A stretch of 64,000 bases of DNA. Origin: Rebecca billardiae RCC1528. Lineage: Eukaryota > Protista > Haptophyta. The notes below the pieces were generated by a model. It had not been told where the DNA came from and did no database searches. It saw only the letters and a program-made list of their open reading frames with translations. The position numbers and the translations under genes are program-made. Below are positions 19,671 to 31,486 of this stretch, in pieces. The stretch spans positions 3,410,001 through 3,474,000 of the forward strand of contig OZ251222.1 of the NCBI GenBank assembly GCA_965240325.2, given 5' to 3'. Each line of letters starts with the position of its first letter. Position 1 is the stretch's first letter.

Positions 19671-22600
19671 TCACGTGCCGAAGCGGTAGCGGTGCACCGC
19701 CGGGGGCAGTGAGCGCATGACGGCGCGCCACGGGCGCTCGACGACGACAAGCTCGTCGGGACCGGCCGGCGCGGCGAAGAGCAGCGGGCGGTAGCCGGTG
19801 AGCACCGGCGGCGGCGGCGACAGCACACGAGGCTTCTTGCTGCGCGCGCCTGCCACAGCGGCCGCCTCCTCGCGCGGCGGCACGCTCACGCCCTCCACCG
19901 CTGCATCGGCCCCGGCTGCGTTCGGCTCGTCGGCGGCGCGAAGGCAGCGCAGGTCCACGCGGCACAGCGCGCTACCCGACGCGAGCAGCAGCTCGGGCGA
20001 CGCTGGCTCCGCTCCCCCGCCGCCGAGCGGCGTGAGGACGGACACTGGCTCGTGCCAGCGCGCGCCGGCCGCGGTCGGGAGCGCCAGGCTCGCCATCAGC
20101 CGCGGCCCGGCGCTGCGGTGGGCGAACTCGAAGAGAAGGAGCTGGCCGGCGGCGGTGGTCACCGCGAGCAGCGGCCCCGCCGCCGTGCCCACGCTGCTGC
20201 CCTCGCGAGCCGGCGCGGGCACGAAGCAGATGGCGCTCGCCGGCGCCCCCAGCCGCCTCGCAACGACCACGGCCGCGTGCCTCAGCTCGACTGACGCGCC
20301 GGCCGCGGCGCCGCGGCCGTCCGCGCCGCCCGCCCCCGAGGGCACTTGCGAGGGGGCGAGCACGGCACAGACGTGCACGGCGCACGCGGGCGCGTCGGCG
20401 GGGCTGGCCGCGTGCCACTCGAGCGCCGCGAGCCAGTGCCCGTCGTCCGAGGTGGCGAGCGCGCTCACGTGCGAGCTGACGGCTCCGCCGCCGCCCGGCA
20501 CGTCGGCGCCGCCCCCGGCCGCACCCGCGCGGTGCAGAGGCAGTGAGCCGAGCACGCGCCCGCTGTGCGCGCAGATGGCGTGGACGGAGGCGCCCGCGGG
20601 CGCCGCGCCTGCGCACGCCGCGAAGAGCACGAGCGGCGTCGGCGCATGCTCGCCCTCCCCCTGCCCGCTCGTGGAGGCGGTGACGCGCGCGCTGGCGCGC
20701 GCGCTCGGCGTGGCCGCCGCCATGGCCGCCGCTGTCACTGCAGCGGCCGTGTCAGCAGCGCTCGCCCCGCGCCCAAAGTGGAGCGCGGTGACGTGGGCAC
20801 TCGCGAGGGCGTGCGCGTCGCGCAGCTTGATGGGGCGCACGCTCGGCGCCCGCGCGGACGCGCCCGCCGCGTCCTCCACGCGCCACAGCCGCAGCGACGA
20901 GTGCGCCGCCGCCATGCGCGTGCCGTCTGCCGAGAGGGCCGAGCACGTCACGTGCCGGCCGGGCGCGCTGCCTGCCGGCGGGGCGCGCCTGCCGCCCGGC
21001 TTGGCGGCGAGAGGCGCGCCGCTGAGGAGCAGGTCGATGAGGTGGCACGCGCTGCCGACGGGCGACGCGCCCGCTGCGGTGCTCGCGCCGCTCGCCCCGG
21101 CCGGCCCGCCGGCCGCGCCGCCGAGCGCTCCGAACGGCTGCTGCGCGGGCGCGCGCAGCGGAGGCAGCCGCCACAGCTGCAGCCTGCCGTCGTGGGCGCA
21201 CAGCAGCAGTCGGGCCGCGCGCGCGTACGCGAGCGGCGGCGTGTGCGGGAAGGGCGGCACCTTGCGCGGCGTCGAGTTGAGCCAGCCGCCCGCCCCCGAC
21301 GCGTGCGCCGCCGGCAGCAGGCACAGCGCGCAGTCCACGCCGCCGGAGACGAGCGTGAGCCCGGAGTGCAGCGCGCACAGCGCCAGGCACTTGAGGTCGT
21401 GCGTGTGCACGCGGCGCGATGCGGAGTACACCCAGCGCCAGTGCGAGGAGGGCCCGGCGGTGGCGCTCGCACCGCGCGCCGCCGCGCCCGCGCGCCCCGC
21501 CGCGCCGCGCTGCTGCACCTGCAGCTGGATCAGCTTGCCGTCCAGCCCGCCCGCGTAGATCACGCCCTCCGCCTCGTCCACCGCCAGGCAGCTCACGTCT
21601 GCGTCATGTTCTGAGAACGTGGTGAGCGCCGTGCCGTGCTTGGCGTCCCAGACAGTGACGCGCCCGGCGGAGTCGCCGGTGACGAGCGAGCGGCCGTCGG
21701 CGAGCACGCACACCGCCCACACCAGCGCGCCGCGCGAGGGCGCCGGCTGCGTGACCATCGTCTGCACCACCGAGAGCGTCGCCAGCTGCAGCAGCTGCAC
21801 GGTGCCGTCTGCGCTGCCGGACGCGAGCAGACGACCACCGCGCTGCCAGCCGACGCTGAGCACGCGCGCGCCGTGCCGCGCGGCACTCAGGCTCCCGCCG
21901 CCCGCCGCGCTCGGCGGCGCGAGCTCGAGCGAGCCGCGCTCGCCCGTGAGCGGGTCCACGCCGCCGACCGTCAGCAGCCGCACTTGGCCGTCCTGCGCGC
22001 GCGCATACGCGGGCGTACGCGCGGGCCGGGCGACATGCGGCGGGCGCGCGGGGGGCGGGCAGGGGGCAGAGGGCTCGGCGAGGGCGGAGCACGCGGGGGG
22101 CGAGGGGTGCGCCACGCCAAGATCGCACGCCGCGCGTCGCGCCGCCGCAGCCCCCACGCCGCCGCGCGCGTGCGCGCGCATGCGCGCATGCGCTCAGGCG
22201 CTCACCTCACAGCCCGCGGCCAGCAGCTCGAGCTCAGCGCAGAGGGACAGGGCCCACACGCCGCCGCCGTCGAGCTGGAGGGCGCGGCGCGGTGCGAGCG
22301 CGCAGAGGTCCCACTCGCGCACAATGCCGTCGAGCCCGCTCGAGAAGAGCCGACTATCCTCAGCCCACGCGAGCGAGCGCACGGGCACGCCTGCCGCGCC
22401 GCGGATGCACTGCGCAGGCGGCAAGCCGGCGGGCGCGCCGCGCGGGAACGGCACGGGTCGGTGCGCGCGTCCGCGAGGGCGCCATGCGAGGGAATGACGC
22501 GTCCGTCGCGCGACGAGCGCACGCACGCCGCGCGCACCAATTCTTTGAGCCAGCTGGCCTCGCAGTTGTATACGTCGATGTCGCCGTTCGCGCGCGCGAC

Positions 22601-22744
22601 CGCGAGGCGCGCGAGGCGCTGGTTGAAGGCGAGGCACTCCACGCCGGAGGGCATCCACTCGACGAAACGGCAGCGATGCACCGCCACGTCACGGCCGCCA
22701 GCACTCGCCTCCGCGTCCGCGCGGCGCTTCTTGCCCGTCTTCAT
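19671..22744 (-). CDS. UTP4: U3 snoRNA-associated WD40 protein UTP4/cirhin; exons 22744-22538, 22409-22206, 21992-19671
   Basis: Motifs VHRCRFVEWMPSGVECLAF, LAVARANGDIDVY, LFSSGLDG, LVTGDSAGRVTVWD, HTHDLKCLA, LVSGGVD and C-terminal VVERPW...LPPAVHRYRFGT. Two GT-AG introns join the pieces in frame. Confidence 0.9.
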
Positions 22745-23081
22745 GGCGATCGGCGCGCGGGTGCCGCCGTGCCCAGGGCTCGTGGCCGGGCGTCGCTGTC
22801 TCGTCGAAGCCCAAGTAAGAGAAAGTCCGGCCCTGGACCCACCGCGACTCCACAAGATAATGGCGGCGGACTGTCTTTTCAGACTCGCTTGCGAAAAGTC
22901 GTCTCATCAGTGGCCGACGAAGCGCACGGTTGGCAGGCGCCGCCGCCTGGTCCCGGCCTTGAAAGGCCCCAGCGCATCCGCTCGGCGGAGTGCCCTTTCA
23001 TCGGCGGCCACAAGCGGCAAGCTGTCGAAGGCGGACCGAAATCTCGAGCCCATCGCAGGCATCGCGCGCGCGTGCGCACGG

Positions 23082-24822
23082 ATGCTTGCCAGTGAGCCCA
23101 TCGCAGGCGACTCGGCCGCCGAGGAGGCGTCGATGTCGCCCGCAGCGGCTCCCACGCCGACACGCGCGCCGGTGCCTCCCAACCCGTGGACGGCGCTGGC
23201 AGTCTCGCGCGCGGCACTCGGAGCGAGCCCCGCCGAAGGGGCGGGCACGGCCGAGGATTCGCACGAGTGCATCACGAGCGACGAGCCCCCCGCGCACGCT
23301 GCTGCCGACTCGGCAGCGCCCCCCGCCGCAGTGGAGCAGGCGGCACTCGGTCTGCAGTTTGCGCTCGAGACGTCGGACGGCGCGCACGCGCTCGAGGAGG
23401 GCGGTGGCGCGACGTGCGCGATCTGCGTGAGCGTGATCGAGCCCATGCAGGCAGCGCTCGTCCCCATGTGCGACCACGCCTTCTGCATCAACTGCATCTT
23501 GAGTTGGCTCTCACACAAGCCGGTGCGCGCGCCGCGCTGAGACCAGCCCCCCCCCCGCGCTCCGCCGCCGGCTACGCCCCACGTGCGCGCTTGCGGCCGG
23601 CCCCTGAGCGCCGCCCTGAGCGCCGCACCGTGCCGCGCGCGCGCGCGCGCGCGCCGTGCAGGAATGCCCGCTGTGCAAGCGCGAGGTCACGACCGTGTGG
23701 ACCTACCGCATGCTCGACGGCTCGTACAACGACTTCCTGGTTGAGGAGCGCGTGAGCAACCTCGTGCGCGCGCACTGGCTCAGGCACGTCACGTCGCTGC
23801 GCGCGCCGACGCACGGCGAGGGCGGGCCGCTCGCGTCGGGGTACGTGCCGGAGGGCTGGTCGGAGGAGGAGTACGCGGCGTTCCTCGCCACGCACTTCGG
23901 CGTCGGCCGCGACGCCGAGGACGACGACGCGCACTTTGACTTTGACGACGACGACGAGCTGATGCTGGCGCGCGCGCGGCTGGGCAACAGGGCGCTGGCG
24001 AACCGCGCGTTTGGAGGCGGCGGCTTCCTCCGGAACGGGCGGCGCTTGGCGCGCGAGGGGCGGCAGTCGCGGGTGCGCGGCGCGAAGGGGGAGAGCAAGG
24101 CGCCGATGATGATGACGAGCATCGCCGCCAAGCCGGGTGCGCTCGGCGCCTCGACTGCGGAGGCGGCGGCGCCGAGCGGCGGCGGCCAGGGCGGCCATCG
24201 ATCTCGGAGGGGCAAGGCCGCGCGGGCCGAGCGGGCGGGGGGCAGCGGCGACGCGGAGGGCGCGGGGAGCAGCAGCGCGCTGCACGGCGGCGGCGTGGCG
24301 AGCGGCTCGGGCGCGCCGCCCACACAGCCGACCGCGGGCACCCCCGCGCGCGCGATCGACATGCCGACGGCTGCCGAGCACGGCGGCGGCGGCGGGTCGG
24401 CGGCGGACGGCGCCGTGTCGTGCAGCCCGTCCGAGTGCTCGGATGACTGGTACTGTGGCGCGCCCACGGGCGCCAACACGGCGCGCGGGCGGCGCAGCGC
24501 GAAGCGGCATGCGCGCATGCAGAAGAAGATCGAAGCCCAGCAGCAGAAGGCCTCGGCGCGCGCGGCGCTCACCCTCGGCTTCCGCAGCACAGCGCCGCCC
24601 ACCGCGCCGTCAGACGACTCGGAGGACGAGGCGGCGGCGGTGCCAGCGCAGCCCGAGCAGCACGCACCGCGTGCTACGAGCGGCCGGGGCGCGCTGCGAC
24701 CAGACGGGCCGTACGAGCCGCCGCTCCACCTCGCAGGGCTGGGCGCGGCCGCGGAGGACGAAGACGCAGCCGATGCGGCTGCGCTCGCGGAGGCCATCCG
24801 GCTGTCGCTCCTCGAGGTCTAG
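23082..24822 (+). CDS. RING-HC (C3HC4) E3 ubiquitin ligase-like protein; intron 23523-23661
   Basis: The spliced sequence reads CAICVSVIEPMQAALVPMCDHAFCINCILSWLSHKP|ECPLCK, followed by TYRMLDGSYNDFLVEE. The C-terminus DAAALAEAIRLSLLE is UIM-like. An alternative in-frame ATG lies at 22860. Confidence 0.85.
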
Positions 24823-26932
24823 CTAGGGCGCTTTCGGCTTTTCTACGCGTCGGCACCTGCCACCTGGCTCGGCAGGCGAGGAGTCTGTACACTGAGGATA
24901 CCAGCCTATACGACACACCATCAATCTTCAATGTTGCAGATGAGATCATCAGACATCACCAGACGAGATCGGGATAGTCGGGGACGTGGCACGTGCATAG
25001 GGCGGGGCCAAAGGCAAAGTGGCACTGTAGCGTTACTGACGGCCACGAGCGCGGGTCCTAGCGAGTGTTTAGAGCTGATTCGTCGGGCTGGATCATTTGC
25101 CCTCTGGAGGGGTCTGGGCGGCCGGCCATGTAAAAAAATCAGGTGCACATACTACCCTGAATATAGGGCGTAACGGCTAGCATATTTACTTATTAGAATG
25201 AGCCTGAACTTATTGGAAACGGCATGTAACGGTCGTCCTATATGTGACATATATAGACCATGTCGACCTCACTTTGTTAGAGCATCTCAGCGAGATCGTT
25301 CTGAGTCCCCAGCTAAGCAGCAGGTCCCAACATGCGATATAGGCTGTGTACTGGCAGGCTGTCAAATATGTAGTTTCCTAGAAGCCACCGGTCGTTACAT
25401 ACCCACTGTGTATATAGGCGCCATGCTGATGAATACAGCCTCATCTGATCTCGAGCTGCGAGATACGTTTTCAGACTGTGTATACGGCCACGCGTACGGC
25501 GTATTGCAGACATATTAGACCCAAAGCACCGGCCCCACGTCCTCAGCCCGGGAGTGCTCTCGGTCATAGTCAAGGTTTAAAGTCACTCGAGCCAACCGTC
25601 ACCGCTCCCTGGCCGAGACCTACGAGGCAGGTCAAATCTGTCGTCGTCGCAGTGCGGCACAGTGCCGAGCATGCGATTCGGCAGCAAACGTCTGCTCCAG
25701 GCGGTGGCTGGCGTGTCTGCACCAAACCAGGCTGGATGGGATTGGTCCACATAGGTACGCACTACCCTGTTCCGCGCTATTTCTGGGCTTAGGGGCGGAT
25801 ATTCGGCCTACAGAGGCTGATCCGGCGCTGTTCGGCGCTCCTGGCTGGCTGCGCGGAGCCCAACGGCAAGCGCCGGCGTGTGCAAGGTGTCAAGATTGAG
25901 ACGGTCTCTGACGCTCCCGCCGGTCTTGGGCGCACCAGGGTGCATGAGGGCCCATCTGCATCTGCTTCTGCAGGCATGAGCGTCACAGGGGCGCGCTTGC
26001 AGGCACGGTCGAGTGCACGTCGGACCTGTCGAATGAGCCAACCGCTGCCTGCGAGCACGTCCGCGACGTCCTGAGATGCGAATGGGAGGCGCCCAGACGC
26101 CATCAGAGGGCACACGTGACCCATACCCAACGTACTGACCATCGCAAGTGCCACGGCAGGTGCAAACACGGGCCCTACAAGCGGAACATGACAGTTGCGA
26201 GCTCCGCGGAGGTGCTGTGCGCGAGCTCGCGCCGGTCTGCTGACGGCGATTCCGGCGCAGTAGGGCAGGTTAGGCGAGCTGGGCATTCACAGACATACAT
26301 GGACGATTGGTCCGAGCATCGATCTCATTGGTCCGAGTTGATCATGCGCCACACCGTGCGGTAGCGTAGCGGGCGTACGCAGCGCACCAATTCAAGCCGG
26401 CCGACGCGCGCCGCGCACGGCGCGAGGTGGCCAAGAAGCGGGTGGTGAGCCGCTGGTGGCGCAAAGGCACGGGTCAGTAGCGCCCACCAGCGTCACGCGC
26501 GCGCGCACCCGAGACCATCTCGGCGTCTCAGAGGTCGCGAGCGCGCGGCGGTCCACTGCCTCCGGCCGCTCGTGCTGGAGCGGAACCGAGCTCTGAGCGC
26601 CCGAAGGCGTCGGAGCTCGATTTTCGAGCGGGGTCCGAGAAAAAGGCTCCGCGCCACCCTAAAAGGCCGAGGGCGGAGCGAAAATGCGACGCGACTTTGC
26701 TTTTCATTTTTAAATGGGCGGTTTGGCCCCCCTAACGTGCACGCGCGTCGTCACGTCGTGCGGCTCGTGGCCGTGCGCCAACTCACGCACGGTGTTGAGT
26801 GAGTGAGTATGCGCCGCAGGCATGGTTCCTCACTGTGTCTGAGTGACACTCGGGCTGAATTGCCATTGCCAAGTGGCAACGCGGGTTATATTTAAAATAT
26901 TATAAAATATTAATTAAGTTATTATGGCTAAC

Positions 26933-27355
<423 letters not shown>

Positions 27356-28570
27356 TGTCGGCGGGCGGCGACATCGACTACGACCTCACCCTCATCCAAG
27401 TGCTCCGGAAGGCGCTCGGCCGCGGCGGCATCTGCCGTCGCCGCCGCGTGCCCCAGGCCGAGGCGGTGCTCCATCCCGGCCCCGCTCCCGTAGGGGGGCA
27501 GGGCTGCGGGTGGCGCACTGTCTGACCTGGACGGAAGGCGCGGACGCATTCTATGTGTCTGTTGCACTCTGAGCCTGACGCTTGTCCGATGCTGCCACGT
27601 CGTTAAATATATGCTGCCGGCAATATATGCTGCCGGCCTGCAGTCTACGGAGTGCCAGGCTCCGGCTCCGCGGTCCACTAGGGCCCCTGGCTGAGCTCCG
27701 AGAGTGGCCGGACGTCTTATAACTTAGTAATGGGCTTGGCGTCGCCCCTTGCCCTTGGCCTTGGCCCCGCGGGCCCGGCGTCGGCGACTCAGCGGCGCGG
27801 AGCGCCGTCGATTATACTTGAAGCGCGGTCCGTTGAACCCGAAGTGGACCGCATCACCGCATGGCGGGGCGGCATGCCGAGCTGATGCAGCAGACGCCAG
27901 CGCAGAGTGAGAGTCCCTTCCCGCTTCCGTCTTACTTCCGACCCCCGATTGATGTAACTTCGCAACGAGGGATCTAGACCTTGGGCGCGTCATCAATGGT
28001 AACCTGGCGCGGCGGTATATATTAAACTATATATATATAATTATGAATATACGTCTGCGCACGGCCACGTAGCAGTATATATATATATATTTCTATATTC
28101 GTCATCAGTTTTCGTCTCGGAGTCGCGCAGTCAATACTGCCCGCAGTGCCGGCGTGCCCCGTCACTCGTCAGTCACTCAGCAGACTCAGTAACTAATCAG
28201 TGACAGTGTGCGGCCACTCGGCCACTCGGTCACTTTGTCTTATAGTTAGTTTTTCAGACCCGCGCGCAGCCAGTTTCCGTATAATAATAATAATAATGAA
28301 GCGCGCCAATGTTATTTAATTATTATTATTTAATAATCATCATCATCAAAAATAATATGCTCAGTGGTCGGCCAGCGGTCGCGCGAGCCGCGGCCGCGCC
28401 GCTGTCTCATCAGCGAGTGCGGCGAGCCCGCCTGGGACCGCGAATGATGCCATCATGATTGTGCCATGATGCAGCATCATGTTGAGTCCGCCGGCTGGCC
28501 AATGCGGCAATGGCAGCACGGCAGTGTGCGCGGGTTTTGACACGCGAGCGGCGCCATAGTCGCGCCTCCA

Positions 28571-30775
28571 TCACTCGTCCGGCTCGGCCAGCCCGCCGAA
28601 CGCGTTGTACGTGAGCGCGCGCACGCGTGCCGCCACCTGGAACACGGCGCGGTTCTGGTGGGCCGCGAGCGCGCGCTTGCACTCGTCGAGCCGCGAGAGC
28701 AGGTCGGCCGGCATGTCGGTGAGCTCTTTGACGATGATGCCGTAGTTGGTCTCGAGCAGCCAGTCGGCGACGCACAGCTCCTGCGGCATGGTCTGCGGGG
28801 TCACCTCGGTGACGAAGGGCACGCGCATCACCGCCGCCTCGCTCGCCGCGCCCGGGCCGGGCTTGCCGATCACGCACGACGCGGTGCGCAGGTGGTGCAC
28901 CAGCCTGGACGGAGGGATGAACCCCTCGACCAGCGTGTGCGCCCAGACGGCGTCCGCGCTCGGCGCGCCCGGCTTGTGCGCCGCGTCCACGCGCGCCTGC
29001 AGCTTGGCCTGCAGCGCGCTGTTCTTGCCGCACAGCACCACCAGCTCGACCGACTCGCCGAACCGCTCGAGCAGCTTGGCGGCGATCGTGTACGTGCGAG
29101 GCGGGGCGTACCCTCCAAAGAAGATGAGGACGCTTTGCCTCTCCGCACACGCGGAGGGGGCGGCTGGGGAGGTGGCGCTCGCGGACGCGTCGGCGGCGGG
29201 CGCGGCGGCGGCGGCGGCCGCCGGCGCGCTCCCCTCCGCGCCCTCCGCCTCCGGCGCGCGCTGCTGCGCGTAGAAGCCCGGGTGCACCACCATGCCGTCC
29301 GTGCGCAGCACGTGTTCGGGCGGGTAGCCCGCCTCCACCGCCTGCTGCTGCAGGCGCGCGCCGCCGGCGACGACCGTGTGCCGCGTGCAGCCCGAGGCGG
29401 GATCTTCGGAGAAGGGATCGATCCAGCGGTGCGCGTTGTTCGTCTCCATGTCCGTGATCACCGTGAGCAGCTCCACGCCGGGAAGCGCCTGCGGCAGCCG
29501 AGGCGCGGGCACACAGATCAGTCAGCCTCACCAGAGAGCTCGATGTCTGGCCGCAGCCGGCGCGCGCGGTTGGGGGCTCGGGGCTTGGGGCGCGTGGCAC
29601 GCGCGGCGCGCGGCACGCACGTCTTGCAGAGCGCCGCGCAGCACAAAGTTGAGCCCGGGCACGAAGCAGAGGACGACGGAGGGCGCGTGTGTGCGCAGCC
29701 AATCGCCAAAGTAGGCTCGCAACTTGTTCGCGTTGTTGGCCACGGACTGCGGTGCGTGCCAGGGCGCGGGCGGACGCGCGGCGTCAGACAGCGCGCAGCC
29801 GCGGGGCGGCGCGACGGGGCGCGCGCGCACAGTCATGCCCAGGTGCGTGCACACGTTCGCCATCGAGTACTGCCCGTTCTTCATGCACCAGTTGTACACG
29901 TCGTCGCCCGAGAAGGGGATCATCTTGGCCCACTCGCCAAAGAGGCAGTCCTCGACGAGCTTGCCAATGTCAATGATCTCGATGGAGGAGGGGCAGCCAA
30001 AGGCGGAGTCGGGGAGGGTCGCGCACGCCTCCGCGCCGAGCGACAGCTCGCTCAGCTGCTCGTGGATCGAGCCCGTCGCCGCCGCCGCGTTGAGCAGGCA
30101 GTCTCGCACCGCCACCGCAGACGCCAGGTGGCCGCCCCCGCCGCGGCCCACAAAGAAGACGGCCTTGGCTGTGCGCTCCGAGGGCGTGGGAGAGACGGAG
30201 GACTCGGATGAAGCGCCGTCTGGCCTTGGCGTGGCCGAGGCCGCAGGATGACCCTCGGAGAGCGCGCGGAGCGCGCACGCCTGCCGCCCGCCGCCCGCGC
30301 CGACGGCGGCGGCGGCGGCGGCGGGCGCGGCCGACATCGATGTTGACTGCGGCCGGGCGCACACCGGCATCACCTTGTGCGGGCGGCTGCTGAGGATCAT
30401 CGAGGAGAGGAGCATGGTCTCGAGCCACGAGCGGCGCTCAGCCTCTGTGGCGCACGCGAAGACGAGCGGCGCCTTCGCCCCGCTCGGCACGATGCAGATG
30501 CACCAAGGGTGCGAGCCGATGCGCAGCGAAGGGCTCACGAGTGCCCCGTCGAGCGAGATCACGCCGCGCGGCGACTGTGCGTCGTGGGCGGCGGAGCGCG
30601 TCGCCCAGTAGAGCAACGAGCCGCCATGTGCCTCCACCCACCGCCCATTGAACTGCTGCAGGTGCTTGCTGCGCTTCCACAGCCAGCCCGTGCGGCGCAT
30701 TTGAGCGCCGTCGCCACCCGCCCCACTCAGCGTGGTGCTGGGCGCCTGCACCGGCGTGTCGACAGCAGCGGGCAT
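28571..30775 (-). CDS. PH domain fused to an MGDG-synthase/GT28-like glycosyltransferase; exons 30775-29831, 29746-29621, 29488-28571
   Basis: PH domain: RTGWLWKRSKHLQQFNGRW...PRGVISL...FACATEAERRSWLETM. GT28 part: GGGGHLASA, TVITDM, LIFFGG, VVLCGKN, IGKPGPGAASEA, TMPQE. Introns 29747-29830 and 29489-29620. Confidence 0.85.
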
Positions 30776-31486
30776 GGGCGCGGAGCAGATACCTCGAGAG
30801 GTGCCAGAGGACGCGACGCCCGCGCCACGCGCCGCAGGTGGCTCTCGGCGCGCGAGCCGAGCGCCCGTCCGCCGATGGTGTGGGCGGCGAGCGAAAGGTG
30901 ATGCGCTCCCCGGCCCCAAGCGCCAGTCACCTCAATAACTAGTTGGCCGCGTCGGAGAGGCATCTGTTGCGGATCTTGGGCGGGATTCCTCGTCTGCTAT
31001 TGACGAGCGCAAAAATCCACCATCTCGTCCATTAATGGAGTGGCGGGTATTTCACCTCTAATGGCGCTTCAGCCAATAAGCACCCAAGTACCCAACGGAG
31101 CTAGAGCCAACCTCCTCGTCTTGCACGACTTGAAGGGTTATTGTGAAAAGTGGTCTCGAACGAATGAAAACTGTGGCGAGGGGTTGGGCCGCCTGGGGGT
31201 GGAGCTTGGATTTTTCTCGACGGGCCTTGGGGGGACGTTCCTTTCTCCTACTAAGGAACCACTACCTCAATAATAGGAAAGCTCATATGGGCGGGGTCAA
31301 ACTCTTGCATTCCGCGCGACCAATCAGCTTCCGTTGGCGCTCCGAGCGCGTGGCCGAGTAGACGCCCAGGCAGCTTCGTGAGTCTGAGCAAACACCAAGG
31401 TGCGCGACACGGCGGGCCGCGCCTGCACCGCCGCAGCCACCCCACAACCTCGCTCGCGGTGCGCGTCCACTCCACGCACAGCGGCG

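Noticed and set aside
24900-26800. Lower-GC intergenic block with short ORFs, possibly a TE remnant
   Set aside because: I could not identify TIRs, LTRs, TSDs or protein motifs to support a call.
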